Assembly: GCF_006345805.1 (NCBI RefSeq)
Contig: NC_043021.1
Coordinates: forward strand, 25,358,001-25,422,000
Direction: 5' to 3'
Source of the DNA: Octopus sinensis
Taxonomy: Eukaryota
DNA length: 64,000 nt
Shown: piece after piece, positions 1-51,888 of the stretch
How positions within the stretch are numbered: position 1 is the first letter of the stretch
Layout: each line of letters begins with the position of its first letter
Notes under the pieces: generated by a model
What the model was told of the DNA's origin: nothing
What the model saw: only the letters and a program-made list of their open reading frames with translations
Database searches by the model: none
Translations under genes and position numbers: made by a program

Positions 1-608
1 ACCATGTTTTTATTTAGCTTAACATGTCTTTCCAAGCATGGCAAACCACCAGGAGCCTCACTCCCCTGTCGCCCTCTCTGAGTCCCAGCATCTGTAGATC
101 CTTTCTAACCACTTTGTCCTATGTCTTCTTTTGACAAGTCCCTCAATCCTTTTATTCTAGTAGTGAATATTTTCCATAAAGATAAACTATGTTCTCACAA
201 AGAATAGTGTGTTCTGTTCCGAAACCCTACTCTTAGAAAATGTAAGAAATCCAATGAGGAAGTTAACCAAAAAGATAAAGCTGCTTCAAATTCTATAGTT
301 TTGTAAGACCAAATTTAAGCCTGGAGAATGACTATGGAGTTGAGAAGGAATCCTTTTATTTTTATATTTTCTTTCAACAGATGGGATTTCTCTATTTTCG
401 CTGTTAAATATGTTTCACATGCATCTGCCATAGAAAAATATATTTATTGAAGTTTATAGGTTTTAAAATTTCTTCTCTTTATCATATTTGTTCTGTTTGT
501 TGTCTACCTCTCACTTCTCTCTCCATCTGTCTCCCTCTCCTCCACTCCTTCAACTCTCTCTCCACCCTATCTGTTTCACCCTTATTATCTCTCTCTCTCT
601 CCCACCAG

Positions 609-21069
<20,461 letters not shown>

Positions 21070-24000
21070 ACTGTTTGTTTTTAATTAACTGCTAAATGCC
21101 ATGACAATATATCTATCTATATATATATCTATAATATATATATATATAATATGTATGTATGCATATATATATATATGTGTATATATATGCACATTTACAC
21201 ATACAACCCCCATCACCCACTAAATGACAGGGGTAACCAAAAAAAAAAAAGAGATAAATGATTCTTTTAAATTTCTAATTCTTTGTTTCTTCATTGCCCC
21301 CCCCCCCTCCACCTGTTCATTGTTACAAACTCTTCTTCTCTCACATCACTCAATACAATCAGCAGTAAAACTACCCAAATGAGAGTTGTTAGCAAGTTAA
21401 GCCACATCTTTACCCACCCACCCACCCACCTTAGACAAATGAGAAAAAAGACCCACCCCCCACCCAATATTTTTAAAAATAATTTATCAATGTCTCTCCA
21501 TCTTTCTTTCCTTCTCCCATTAAACCACTTTTATCTTTCTTCCTTATTTTCTTTTATATGATACACATAGTCTTTATACACTATATATAATATATACACA
21601 CACACAGACTTAACCCATTTACATGTATATATTGTATAAATATGCAGCAAAGTTTCGGTCTACACTCAAGCACGTATGTATATCTGGATATAATACATAA
21701 GTGTGTGTATGTGTATATTAAATGTTTAATGTGTGTGTGTAATACATATATATGTATTATTTTACATAAAGTTGACAAATTTGAACTATCTTGTATAGCA
21801 ACAAGACAAGTTTCAACATTTCAAATTTGCAAACTTTATTAAATGATTCTTTTCAATTTTTATATAGTTTTTATTTTCATCTTTTAAGCACACACAATTT
21901 TAGAATATCATTTGAAAACAAAACAAAACCTACACAAGGGTAGACTAGATTTTCCTTTAATTCTTGTAAACACCTAAACATTATCCAGTTGCTCCTTTTC
22001 TTCTTTCTTTTTATTCATGAATGCAAGGAAGTCCTCCTTCAACAAAGAACAAACCCTCATTCTATTCACACTTTGTTTACAAAACTTTAAGATATGTACT
22101 TCACTCTCTCTCATTTATTTCAATGAAATAAATGTGTGGGAGACATGTAATCCCTTCAATCTCTCTCTCTCTCTCCCTGTATCTCTAAATGCATTGCACA
22201 GACTTTCATAAAACTCTATCATTCGATATTTGAGTTGGTTTCATTGAAATCTTTTTGTTGAATAATTTAAATTAGATTACACTCGAAACCATAAACCCTT
22301 CCTAGCAACACTAAGTTCTGGCTGGAAGCTTCTAAATCGTTGCTTTACCTGCTCAATATAACAACCAATTTCTAAGCTATCTTCAAAATGAAGGTCATAT
22401 GTTAGGTCCAAAATCTCGATGATAATTCATTTGGAGGGGAATCGATGAGAGTCGGTAGAGCATCTCCTGAAACACTTTGCTGTGTTTAGTTCTGTTCTGA
22501 CTTCAAGACTTTTCATCATCTTTACCTTTCAGCTTTACAAAGCCAAAGCAATGAGTACCAGTAATATGCTGAGAGGCAATTCAATTGATTCTATCCTTTA
22601 TAAATTTTGTGGCCTTGGGCCAATAAAAGAAATCAATATTTGCATATTTAACAACACACAGATTATATATATATATACATATATAACACACACATCTGTT
22701 TAGTGTTGGAAGAGAGTACTCAATACCAAAGTAGGGATTAATAACATTTTTATTTTTGGTAGAATTGTTCTTTGGCTGAAGACCCTGTGTATCTGCAGGC
22801 AAAAACTCAGAGTAATAAGAGACGGACCTGACCAAAATATATATACACACACACATATATACAAAAATACACGTCTGTTGGTGTAAAATAATCTTACCTA
22901 CACCCAAGACAGAGACAATTTGATACATCTGCCCTCTTCACGACCATTTTTTAAAATATTTTTTTTTTCTTTTGAAGAAATAATAATAAAATATTTTGCT
23001 GGCTTTCAAAAGTTAGTTGATTTCATCAGTTTGTTCATTAAGCTAATTATGTTAATCAGTTAAACCTCACAAGTTTTTAACTCTACATTAATTACCTTGA
23101 TTTGGAAATCCGATTTTAGATTTTACTGTTAAAAAAAAATTTTTTTTTAATTTTTTGGAGTAAAGCATGGCTGTAGGGTTAAGCAGCTTGCTTTGCAACC
23201 AAAGGGTTTTGGGTTCAGTCCCACTGTATGGCACCTCGAGCAAGTGTCTTCCATATGCCTTTTGAGAAAATTTGGTAGGTGGAAACTGTGTTGAAGCTCC
23301 ATTGTGTATGTATGTGTATATACGTCTCCATACACCTACATGTGTGAGTTTGTTCTCCGCACCACCTGCGTTAGTTTATTTATACACCTGTAACAGTTCA
23401 ACAAGGGACCAACAGAATAAGTACCAAGCTTAAGAGTCCTGGGGGTCGATTTGTGCGACTAAACCATTCGAGGCAGTGCCCCAACATGGCCACGGTTCAA
23501 TGATTGTAAGTTTTAAAAAAAAAAAAAAAAAGGCAAAACATATTTAAAATTTGACCAAATTTGAAAACATTTCTCAAAAATTAAAAAAAAGCCAAACCCA
23601 CACAGAAAAAAAAAAAGAAAAACCAAATTGTTATATTTTAATTTTTTTTGTTTGTTTTTAATGGTGAGGTGAAGTGAAGAATGAACCAAGTAGAACAATA
23701 ATCTGTTTTACTTTTCTTGGTGGTGGGAGATTTCGGGGGTTATTATAGAAAGTATTTAATTTCTACACAAGGTACTATATTTATTTTATCATTTTTCCAG
23801 CCTCCCCCCCACACCCACTTGTGTACGTTTGTCCCCCCCCCCCCGACCCAAAATACATTTTGCTGTTATTTCATTTTATGTCGTTTTCTTTCAAAATTCC
23901 ACCTTCTCGCAGTCAAACCAAACCTGCTTTGAAATTGGTATTGCCAACACTGCCTGCAAAATTCCATTCTTTTAACACATCATGTCCGTATGGAAACCTA

Positions 24001-25220
24001 AAGAAAAAGAGAAAAGCAAACTTTTATTCATTGCATTATTCCATAATCTAATGAACAGAAAGATCTTTTACGAATTTATTGTATGTTTCTGCAAATATTT
24101 TCCCTCTTATATTCTTTTCTACTCTAGGCACAAGGCCCGAAATTTCTGGGGAGAGGGCCAGTTGATTAGATCGCCCCAGTACGCAACTGGTATTTAATTT
24201 ATTGACTCCTGAAAGGATGAAAGGCAAAGTCGACCTTGGCAGAATTTGAACTCAGCGGCAGATGAAATACCTCCAAGCATTTTGCCTGGCATGCTAACGA
24301 CTCTGCCAAGCTTGCTGCCTTTTGCCCTCTTATATTAAAATGCTTAAGACAGATTCCTGTGGCGTGAACAATCTGTTACATTGCAGAAAGGGGGATGGTA
24401 AGAGATTCAAACAGAGGCTATTGGTACGCACACAGGTGACACCTTAAAGTGGAATATACATGAAATCTGCTTAATATTCATTTAAACACATCAACATAGA
24501 CTGTAAGCAAAGGTGTATTGGTCTAGTAGTTAAGCTGTTGTGCGCACACTGATAAGGTTGTGGTTTCAATTCTTGAACTGAGCAATACATTGTGTTCTTG
24601 AGCAAAACATTTCATTTCACATTGCTTCAGAAATGAGTTTCAAAAATAACTGGGAAGTTCACTCTGTGACAGACTAGCTTCTCGTTCAGATGGGGACAGT
24701 TGTAATTACCATGGAAACTGGGTTAAGTCTCAGTCTTATGAGATGTGGGGCACCCAACTGACCAACAATTATTGGTTTCAAATTTTGGCACAGGGCTAGC
24801 AATTTCGGGGGGAGAGTTGATTATATTGGTGCCCAGTACTCGACTGGTACTTAATTTGTCGATTCCAAAAGGATGAAAAGCAACCTTGGCAGAATCTGAA
24901 CTAAAAAACAAAGATGGACAAAATGCTGCCAAGCTCCCCCCCCCCCCAGCAATGCTATCGATTCCGCAAGCTCAACACTTTACAGGCCTCCATATATTGC
25001 CAAGGGTAGAGAATTGCTGTGAAGGGGCTCAGCACATGTCGTCTTTCATCCAGGCGACTTAGTGATGATTAATCACTATGTTGTGTACGAAAAGAATTGC
25101 ATTTGGTTAATGCTGGGAAAGTCAGGAACCGGAATTTGTGGGGGGGGGGGGGCGAGAAGTAAAAGAAAACTGAGTGAGAGAAAGAAGAGAAAAGTTTTAG
25201 AAACTAAATCAGTTTTGCTT

Positions 25221-42674
<17,454 letters not shown>

Positions 42675-42719
42675 TGAAGTCTAAAATTAAAATTAAAGCA
42701 AAATATGAAATTTGAAAGA

Positions 42720-43200
42720 CAGAAACTCAAGCAGATGTCTACAATGGCACCCTTTATGCCTCTTCATTGTTCTACATCCATCTGTCACCTAAGCATCTTC
42801 CTTTACACATACACTGCACCCATGAACAATAACAATGGTAACTTGGTGTCCTTCCACCCCCGAGTACAACATATATCAAAGCAAACAGGTTTCTACCTGT
42901 ACCCTCTCGTTATGAACAACAACACAGCTAAACCTTTCGCAGGTGTTGCAACAACCACAAAAGCTCACAACTTCTGGCGATCTCTCATTGAAGCCTCACA
43001 GACCATTGCCAAAAGCAGAAATTACAAAAGACATGGCTTCTACTTCAGAACCCGAAAATCTTTCAGTTACCATCATTTGCTGACTCTCTATAATGCTAAG
43101 ACCAACATTGGAGTATTGCTCGGATGGGATGTTACACAAGCATCTTTGACCCCCGTCATTCAAAAAGCAAAGCTTCACCTTTCCAGAATGTTTTAAATAT
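42720..43200 (+). mobile_element. Degraded LINE RT C-terminal fragment
   Basis: IAKS...GFYFRTRKSFSYHHLLTLYNA resembles the LINE GFLFRARKYF...LLTLYKA motif. Confidence 0.5.
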
Positions 43201-45289
43201 TAGCTCATACATTCCGTTTCCTCTCCTTCATTCATCTGTTACCATTTCTACAAAGACCTCTGCTATATACCCTCCCCCACCACAACCCTCTTCCCAAATG
43301 CTGTAATACACACGTCCTTCAGTCTTACCCCAGCTCCACCCCACCCCCACCAAATCCACATTTTTCCTGCAGACATTAACCTACAAAGTGTGAATGCCAA
43401 CCTCAACAATCACACAAGTAGAGACCAACCTACAAACGGACTGCAATCAACCAGAGTCCAATCAGGGTACAGACAGCACACACTCATTTCAGCTACGAAA
43501 CAGCATTTGTTTCCCTTGAAAAGCTCTGAAGAAAACCTTCAGCTATCAGCACACTTGGTAGGACTTCTTCATTGGAGACGAGAAATACTTCAACACTAAA
43601 CACTGATCAGACCCAGCTACAGACAATTTGGGAATGTTACTTGTATATTATCTGACCTCCTGCCCTTCACTCAAATCTGAGAAGAATCAAGAAGAAAATA
43701 AGGTATGTGGTTGACTGATAACTTTTGCAACTTTAGCACATCGTGGCCACACACGTACCTTTCTCTGCATACACACACACACACATACATGTAGCAGGAA
43801 CATTTAGCAACCAGGTCACAATGTCCGATGTTGCAATTCACTATGGTATTACCCATGTTATTGAAAAGACCTGACCAATCAAGGGTTCACCTAGAACCGG
43901 CTCCAGCAGCAATTTCATCCTTTGGCATGTTTCTTTCTGAGTCCAACCTTCATCATAAACATCCAGTGCACTTTAGCTACTACGAGCAGACACAGCGAAG
44001 AGATGGTGGTGGAGAGCAGCCGACAGGAATGAACTGGCAGCAAACAAGAGACATTAAAAGATGGCAGCATGACCAGCATCCAACCATATTGCGACTGCTG
44101 CTACAATCACACCAATTCAAGAACAATTATCTCAAAACTCATTTGATGCTTTGTCATTTGTAGAATGACAACATTTTTCTTCATTTATGAAAAGAATATT
44201 TTTTTAATCAAAAATTTCCCCAGATATCAGTGTTCTTCTTCATATTCACACACACAAGCCAAGGAGTAATAATGGGGAGAAGCTCCTATGGCTAAGAAGT
44301 GCCTCTCATGGCAAGCATCTAATGTTCAACTCCTGGCCTTTTCATGTAACTTTGTCTCTAAGTTCAGCACAATTGCTTGTATTGATAGAAGGGTTAATGG
44401 CAGGTGCTGGTACCTTAAAACCAGTTCTTTGGGTATATGGAATTCATCAGCCTCAGAAGGCAGTTTGTCAAAGCCATTCAGGAGTAAAACCTGAGAAAAG
44501 TTCCACAATGTAAGTCTCTAATATTGTAATGATACTGATGCCAAGCTGTATGAGCCTTGCCCTTCCCCTTGGACAACATTTCCTAGGCATGGAGAGAGGA
44601 GTGAGCTGTTGCATGGATAGCTGCTGGCTTCCCACACTAGCCCTGCACCCTTGACAGGACATTCCAACACCACCTCACTGCAATAGCAAAACAACATTCA
44701 ACTAATTGCAAGGCTCTGCTTAAATTAGAGTAGAGCTTTGGAGAGAGGGCGAAGCCATTGTGTCTTACTGGACAAACCCCAGCCAATTGGGAATTGTTCT
44801 GTTATCCTCTGCTTGCTTCACTGGGTACCTAGGGCTTCGGGATACAAGTAACCTGAATTATGAATGGTTAATAGTAGTGTACAAGGCATAACAAGAAACC
44901 ACCATTCAGGAGGAATAACGAGACAATGGTCACTAGACTAAAAGCACTGCCAACTGTTTAAGAGTTGAGCAGAATCAGTAACTGTTTTCCCATTGTTTTG
45001 GATTGGCTGGAATTCCATGAGAGGCCACCAAGAGTGCAAAGAGCATCCTGCTGTGCCAGGATTGGTGCCACAGGACATGAGAGATTGTACAGAGAAAAGT
45101 GACTGCAACAAGTAAAGAGGAATTCACTGAGTATCATTGGGAAGGTCTTCACCCATATGGCCCTAAACAGACTGCAGAAAATCACTGAAGGGTAAATCCC
45201 TAGTTTTCGTGTAGCTTCAAACCAGAATGCTCCACAAGTGACACGACCTTTGATAACAACAAGAAAAACACAAAGAACAAAGACAACCA

Positions 45290-46480
45290 CTCTTGATCAC
45301 TTTAACTGACCTCATGAAGGCCTGCAACATTGGGAGTAGAGATGGCCTGTTCAAAAATCCTAATCAGGATTGGGTTCCCTCCAAAGTTACTCATTCATTC
45401 CATAGACATGAGAGGATGATTCAATGACATGGGTCTTCCTTGGAATCCTTTGCCATTCACAGTGGAGTGAAGCAGGGCTGTGTGCTTACCCTCACCGTTT
45501 GGTATCTTCTCTCCACTGTCATACTGGAACACACCTTTGGAAAATCAACTGATAGCCTTTTGATCAAACAAGAAATTGCTCAGTCTGTTCTGTCTATGAA
45601 TGAAAACCAAAATACACGAAATACTCATCAGGGACTGTTTGCAGATGATACAGCTCTGGTAAACCAACTCAAAAGCGCAACTGCAACACCACATGGACTG
45701 TCACCATTGGTCTGAAGAAAACAAAAGAGCTGGACCAAGGTGTAGAGTACTCCCTTATAATTACCTATTTCTTTACTACCCACAAGGGGCTAAACACAGA
45801 GATGACAAACAAGGACAGACAAACGGATTAAGTCGATTACATTGACCCCAGTGCGTAACTGGTACTTAATTTATCGACCCTGAAAGGATGAAAGGCAAAG
45901 TTGACCTCGGTGAAATTTGAACTCAGAACGTAACAGCAGACAAAATACTGCTCAGCATTTCGCCCGGTGTGTTAATGTTTCTGCCAGCTTGCCGCCTTGT
46001 ACTCCCTTATAATTACCATCAACAACTGCAAGCTGACGCAGTCCACAAGTTCACATATCTTGATTGCACCATTATGGAAAACTTCTCTCTGGAGTCTTAC
46101 CTCAATAGTTGTATTGGAAGAGCAGCCTTAACATTGGCAAGGCTGACAAGAGCCTGGGAAATAAAGCAAGCTAACAGTGCACAGAAAGGTTGCAATCTAC
46201 AAGGCTGGCATCCTCAGCACACACAGCTTTATGGCAGTGTGACACAAAACATCTACTCCAGGCGGTGCCTCAATAACCTCCTCCTATGCAGACTGAGATA
46301 GATTCTTGACATCGAGTGAACTGACCAAGTCACCAACAACATGGTTCTGGTTTGCACATGAATGATGCCCAGCCTCTTCATCCACCTGCAACACAGATGC
46401 TTCTGTTGGCCGGGGAATGTACACCACATGTCAGATGGGAGGATCCTGACGATGGAGCTCGGCAATTTTGTTAGAAACAA
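45290..46480 (+). mobile_element. Degraded RTE-type LINE RT fragment, interrupted by the SINE at 45766-45998
   Basis: GVKQGCVL, FADDTAL and KFTYL..I......NSCIGRA remnants. Confidence 0.75.
45766..45998 (-). mobile_element. SINE of a second family with 19-bp TSD. Relatives about 24125-24322, 24755-24975, 29395-29515, 50337-50740, 60735-60945.
   Basis: TSD gtactcccttataattacc at 45747-45765 and 45999-46017; head ggcggcaagctggcagaa, B-box-like gagttcaaatt. Confidence 0.88.
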
Positions 46481-47589
46481 GCTCCTTCCTTACAAGAAGA
46501 TGTCAAACAATTAAAAACAGACATACAAAAGGTTTCTTTCAAATGTAAAATGCTACAATACTTTGGGAACTCAAGTTTTTTTAGTTAGGAACGTAGGACC
46601 AAAATCCATCTGATATGCAGAAACCAACACTGAAAATGAGGGACCAGATTTCCCTACATATAAAAACACACAAACACAAAACTTGAGTTTTGAAACAGAA
46701 CTGAATATCGAATATAACAATGTTTTTAAATTCAAGAGAAAAAAAACAAAAATCTAGGTTGAGACACCATCATTGTACCCCCCCATGTTCCATGTTCTAG
46801 GGAAGAGGTAGTCAATAGAGAGCCTGGCCTCTCTCCTTTCATCTGTCCAGCATGGGGAAACCTTGCCAAGAGCTTGTGCTCTGCTGGTAGAGCTCTCAGG
46901 GCTCATTGAGGTATGTAAGTCATTACATCACAACGAGGACTGGACCTTGAGGTGGTTTGTGGTCATATGACAAACCATTATCAATAGCAAAGGAGATGAG
47001 ACAGAATCAAGATTGACAAGAGGCAAAATGGTTTTCGGTAACTGTGTTCCTTTCTAGTCAGGATTTCAAGTCCAACCAGAGTTCATTTTACTTTCCGTTT
47101 TTTTTGTGATATCATCATCATCATCGTTTAACATCTGCTTTCCATGCTGGCATGGGCTGGACAGTTTGACTGAAAACTAGTAAGCTGGGGGGGGGGGTGC
47201 ACCAGGTTCTGATCTGATTTGGCATGGTTTCTACAGCTGGATGCCCTTCCTAATGCTGACCACTCCAAGAGTGTAGTGGGTGTTTTTTATGTGCCATTGA
47301 CCCTCAGACTGGTACCAGCCATAACTATGGTCTCACTTGGCTTAACAGGTCAACACAAGCACAGTATATCGCCAAGGGTCTTGGTCACCTGTCACTGCCC
47401 CTACAAAACCCAACGCTCAAACAGTGCTTTTTACATACCACCTCCACGAGTGCTAGTCAGACGGCACTGGCATCAGCCATGACGATTTTATTCAGTTGGA
47501 CAGGTCTTCACAAGCACAACATATCACCCAATGATTGAACGATGCTTTTAATGATCCAGTTACACAACTACAATCTCACTTCGCTTGAT

Positions 47590-48780
47590 GGGTCTTCTCA
47601 AAGCATGGCACATCTCCAAAGGTCTCGGTCACTTGTCATTATCTCTGTGCTTCACTATTTCGTCCCATGTCTTCCACAGGTTCCCTCCACCATTAGAATG
47701 TAACACTTCTTCACACAGCTGTCCTCATCCATACGCATCACATGACCATACCAGTGCAATCATCTCTCTTGAGATGCTTACACTCTGTCGTACATGCACA
47801 CTGACATTACACATCCAGCGGAGCATACTAGCTTTGTTTCTTCAGCAGTCACAGCCCATGTTTCACGGCTGTTGGCATACAGTCTGCCTTTCACTCTGAG
47901 CGAGACCCTTTGTTGCCAACAGAAGTAGGAGTTCTCTGAACTTTGCTAAGCCTATTCTCAGTTATGCTATCAGAACAACCACCCCCGCAACTGATTTGGT
48001 TACCTAGGTAATGGAAGCTATTGACTACATCTAGTTTTCTCCCCTGACATGCAGTGGAATCTATTTTTTGTACATTTTTGGTGTTTATTGCTCCTGAGCA
48101 TCTGCCACATACAAAAACTGCCTTCCCGGTTAGCCTTCCTTTGACATTGTTGCACCTCTTATGTGTCCATAGCTTACACTAGGTACATCTTATGGCGTTT
48201 CTACCTACACCTTTTCTACAGATTGAGCAGGGTCATCTACCTGAAAGGATTTGTGATTTGTCCGCCCTCCTACATACTAAGACTTTGGTTTTTGTTAGGT
48301 TAACTCTAAGGCCCTTCGATTCTAGACCTTGCTTCCACACCTGAAACTTCTTTAGTTCTGGTAAGAGGAAGCTCATCAGCATAGAGGAGCTCCCGGGGCA
48401 GCCTGTCTTGAATTCCTATTATTGCTTGGAGGACTATGATGAACAAGTGGGGGCTGAGGATTGATCCTTGGTGAACCCCTACATGAACCTCAAATTCTTT
48501 GCTATACTTGTTGCCAGCTCTCACCAACCATTCATCTTTTCCCTAGTTTCTGCAATGACCACCAGATAAAGGATTGTCAGCAAAAACCAAGTGCAGAGGT
48601 TTATCTTTGGCGAGATATTTCTCCTGCAGCTGTCGGACCAGAAATGTAGCATCAGTGGTGCTTCTCTCTGGCATAAACCCAAACTGCTTCTTGTCTAAAC
48701 TAATTCTCTCCCTAATTAGTTGGGCTATGACCGTTTCTGTAATTGGGTTTGATATAATCAACTGGGCCCTCCACACTTAG
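47590..48780 (-). mobile_element. RTE-type LINE 3' fragment
   Basis: QFGFMPERSTTDATFLVRQLQEKY, GVHQGSILSP.LF and LLYADEL RT motifs with frameshifts. Confidence 0.85.
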
Positions 48781-48899
48781 AAATCTTTATAAGAGCAAGG
48801 GAATGGCAGATTGAATGTAGAATAGCATAAGATGTAATCACACAGACATGCAAATGCATAAATGCACAGCTGAATCACAACCAGAACTAAAGAAGAAAT

Positions 48900-49760
48900 T
48901 TCAGGCATGGAAGCAAGGAATGGAATGAAAAGGGGCCGTAGAGTGAATTGAGTAAAGACCAAAGTATCGATAAGTAGGAAAATGCAAATTACAGATCCCT
49001 TCAGGGAGATGGCCCTGTTTGATATGTAGAAAGGGTGTCAGGAGAAACTCCATACGATGTACCCAGTGCAAGTTATGGACACATAATAAGTGCAGAAGTA
49101 TCATTTACATGTGGCACTTACATGTGGCACATGTGCGATACAATAAACACCAAGAATGTACAAAAGATAGACTCCCTCAAATGGACAGTTTCTGTTACTT
49201 AGGTGACAAGTTAGTAGCGGTGGAGGTTGTTCTGAAAGCATAGCTGCAAGAATAAGAATAGGCTGGGTAACGTCCAGAGAGCTACAACTTGTGTTAGTAA
49301 CAAAAGGCCTGTCCCTCAGAGTGAAAGGCAGATTGTAGGATGCCTGTGTATGAACAGCAATGCTACATGGCAGCGAGACATGGGCTGTGACTGTTGAGGA
49401 CATAGAAAGGCTTGAAAGAAATGAAGCTAATATACTCTGCTGGATGGATAATATCAGTGCACAAATACGTAGGTATTTGATCTGAGAGAGAAAAACTAGA
49501 TGTAGAGGACATCAGATGTAGTGTGCAAGAGAGAAGACTGTGCTGGTATGGCCATGTAATGCATATGGATGAGGACAGTTGCATCAAGAGGTACAAATCT
49601 CTAATTGTGGAGGGAACATGTGGAAGGGGTAAAGCTAGCAAGAGATGGGACGAAGTGGTGAGAAAGGATCTCCAGACGTTGGGCCTCACAGAAGGGATGA
49701 CAAGGAACCAAAACCCCTGGTGGTTTGCTGTGCTTGAGGAGACACGTCAAGCTAAGTAAA
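48900..49760 (+). mobile_element. RTE-type LINE 3' fragment (opposite orientation to 47590-48780)
   Basis: CRKGV.RNSIRCTQCKLWTH and RRLCWYGHVMHM...GTCGRG...WDEVV C-terminal RTE motifs. Confidence 0.85.
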
Positions 49761-51888
49761 ATTGAGGCTGTTCTTGCATACAGGCATGTTCCCAGCATCC
49801 CTCTCCAGCTGAGTGTTCCTAATCATGTGGGCTCGTGGGTGTTGGTACCATGTAAAAAGCACTATTGCACACTCTGTAAAGTGGGTGGCGTTCGGAAAGG
49901 CATCCAACTGCAGAAACCATGCTAAAACAGACATGAAAGCTGGGCAGCTCCTGTCGAACCGTCCAACTCATGCCAGCATGGAAAACGGACGTTAAATTAT
50001 GATAAATATATTTAATACAAACACAAAATGTTTTAATTACACATTTATATATACATAATATACACATATATGCATACACACACATAATGAACAACACACC
50101 ACGAATCAGAAGTACTGAAAAAAAAAGCTTAAATATTTTGCCACTCGAAAGCTTTCTCCTCTCTTTGCCTTTTGTATTGCAACTACTACGGCCTCTGCAC
50201 CCCCCCCCTCACTATACCCATTCCTTCTTCTACAATTCCCACCGGCCATATCGACAATTTACGGGAAACATTAACGATCGGCATGTACCATATCCGAGCA
50301 CTGTACACAACAAGCTCATCGTCGTTCTCATTATTCGGCGAGCTGGCAGAGTCGTTAGCATGCTGGGCAAAAATCATGAGCGGTGGCATTTCGTCTGTCT
50401 TCACGTTCTGAGTTTAAATTTCGCCGCGGCTGATAAAAGAACCAGTTGAATACTGGGGATCGAAATGTAATCATTTTATTCCTCTCTCCCAATCTGCCGG
50501 CTTTGGACCAAAATTTGAAATCAATATTTTTTTCTGGCTTTACGTTCTGAGTTCAAATTCCGCCGAGGTCGACGTTACCCTTCATCTTTTCGGAATCGAT
50601 AAAAGAAATACTTGTCAAATACGGGGAAATCAATGAAATTCACTAGCCTCCACCCCCACAGGCTGAGGTCGATTTAGTTTTTCATCCTTTTGTTGGGTGT
50701 AAGGGGGTGTCAATAAAATACAATATCAGTTAAGTAAACATAATCGACTTATCTACCTTCCCTAAATTCAGGCCTCATGTCTACAGTAGAAACAATTATA
50801 AAGATTGTGGTTGTGAGGAATTTTCTGTTTACTAATCTAGACACAATAAAAAGGGTGGGGTGGGGTGTTTCTTTTACTTCTACCCAATAAAACTTAGATG
50901 AAAAGTGCTGTATTTCACCGTTGTTTCAAATACATAAACCAAATAAGCAAAGTGCCTGGTCTTTTTTGCGAAAATAAAAATAACATTTTAACTTTTATTT
51001 TTGAGGCAAGTCCAAGAAGTCTCTATGTGATTGTTCTAACTTTCGAGAAATAGCAGCCAAATCTCCTTCAAAACATACACTAGTCTTAAAGCAAGAAAGT
51101 AGAACGGATAATGTAATCTGAGAAGATGGAGTGGTCACGGCTGGAAAAAAACTGATAAGTCTGATCGTCGTGATGTGTGAGGCAGGTAGACAAGAGAAAC
51201 TGATTCAGTGTCTTTAAGAATTAAGGCAACATATGTGGTCGATATTCGATGAAAGGGAAAAAGACTGGCTCTTGTAATAATAATAATTATTGTTGTGATG
51301 GAAGCAACAAAATCTGGGCTGTTTTACGAGGCGGATGTGAAAGAGGATTCAGTGGCATTCATGCATCTTCTCACAGGCAAGAATATCAAAAATCAAAGAT
51401 GAACATTAAGGCATCAAATTTATAACAGAATGAAACAAAGAATGTGTGGTATTCATGCGTTTTCGACGACAACAGCAACAACAATAATAATAACGGTAAC
51501 TGAAATATTCCAATAGCAAACAAGAGAAGAAGCGGCGGCGGTAATTAAAGGTATTTTGTGGGTCTGAGGAGGTTCGGCTGGGAATTTTAATGGTTTTTGG
51601 CTTTTGTGTGGAATTTAGAGGAAAATATAAATAATAGACTGGAGACGAATGGATATTGTCTCTGTGTGAAATAACAAATTGATATTCCACACAAAACAAA
51701 CGATCGTCGTTGTCCCGTCTTTTGCATCAAAACTGTTTCTGGGTTTGGCGAAAGAAAGGGAACACAGGTGAGAATGGGAAGAGATTAAAGGAGAAGGAGA
51801 ACGATTGGGGAGGATTGGAAGGGAATAACATGAAGCATTGAACGACAAAAATATCAATTAATAACGGATACAAGTGGTTAGTTCTTAC

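Noticed and set aside
42705-43196. 163-aa ORF as a novel gene
   Set aside because: It resembles a decayed LINE RT C-terminus, has no splice support, and lies antisense in the paralog's upstream intron.
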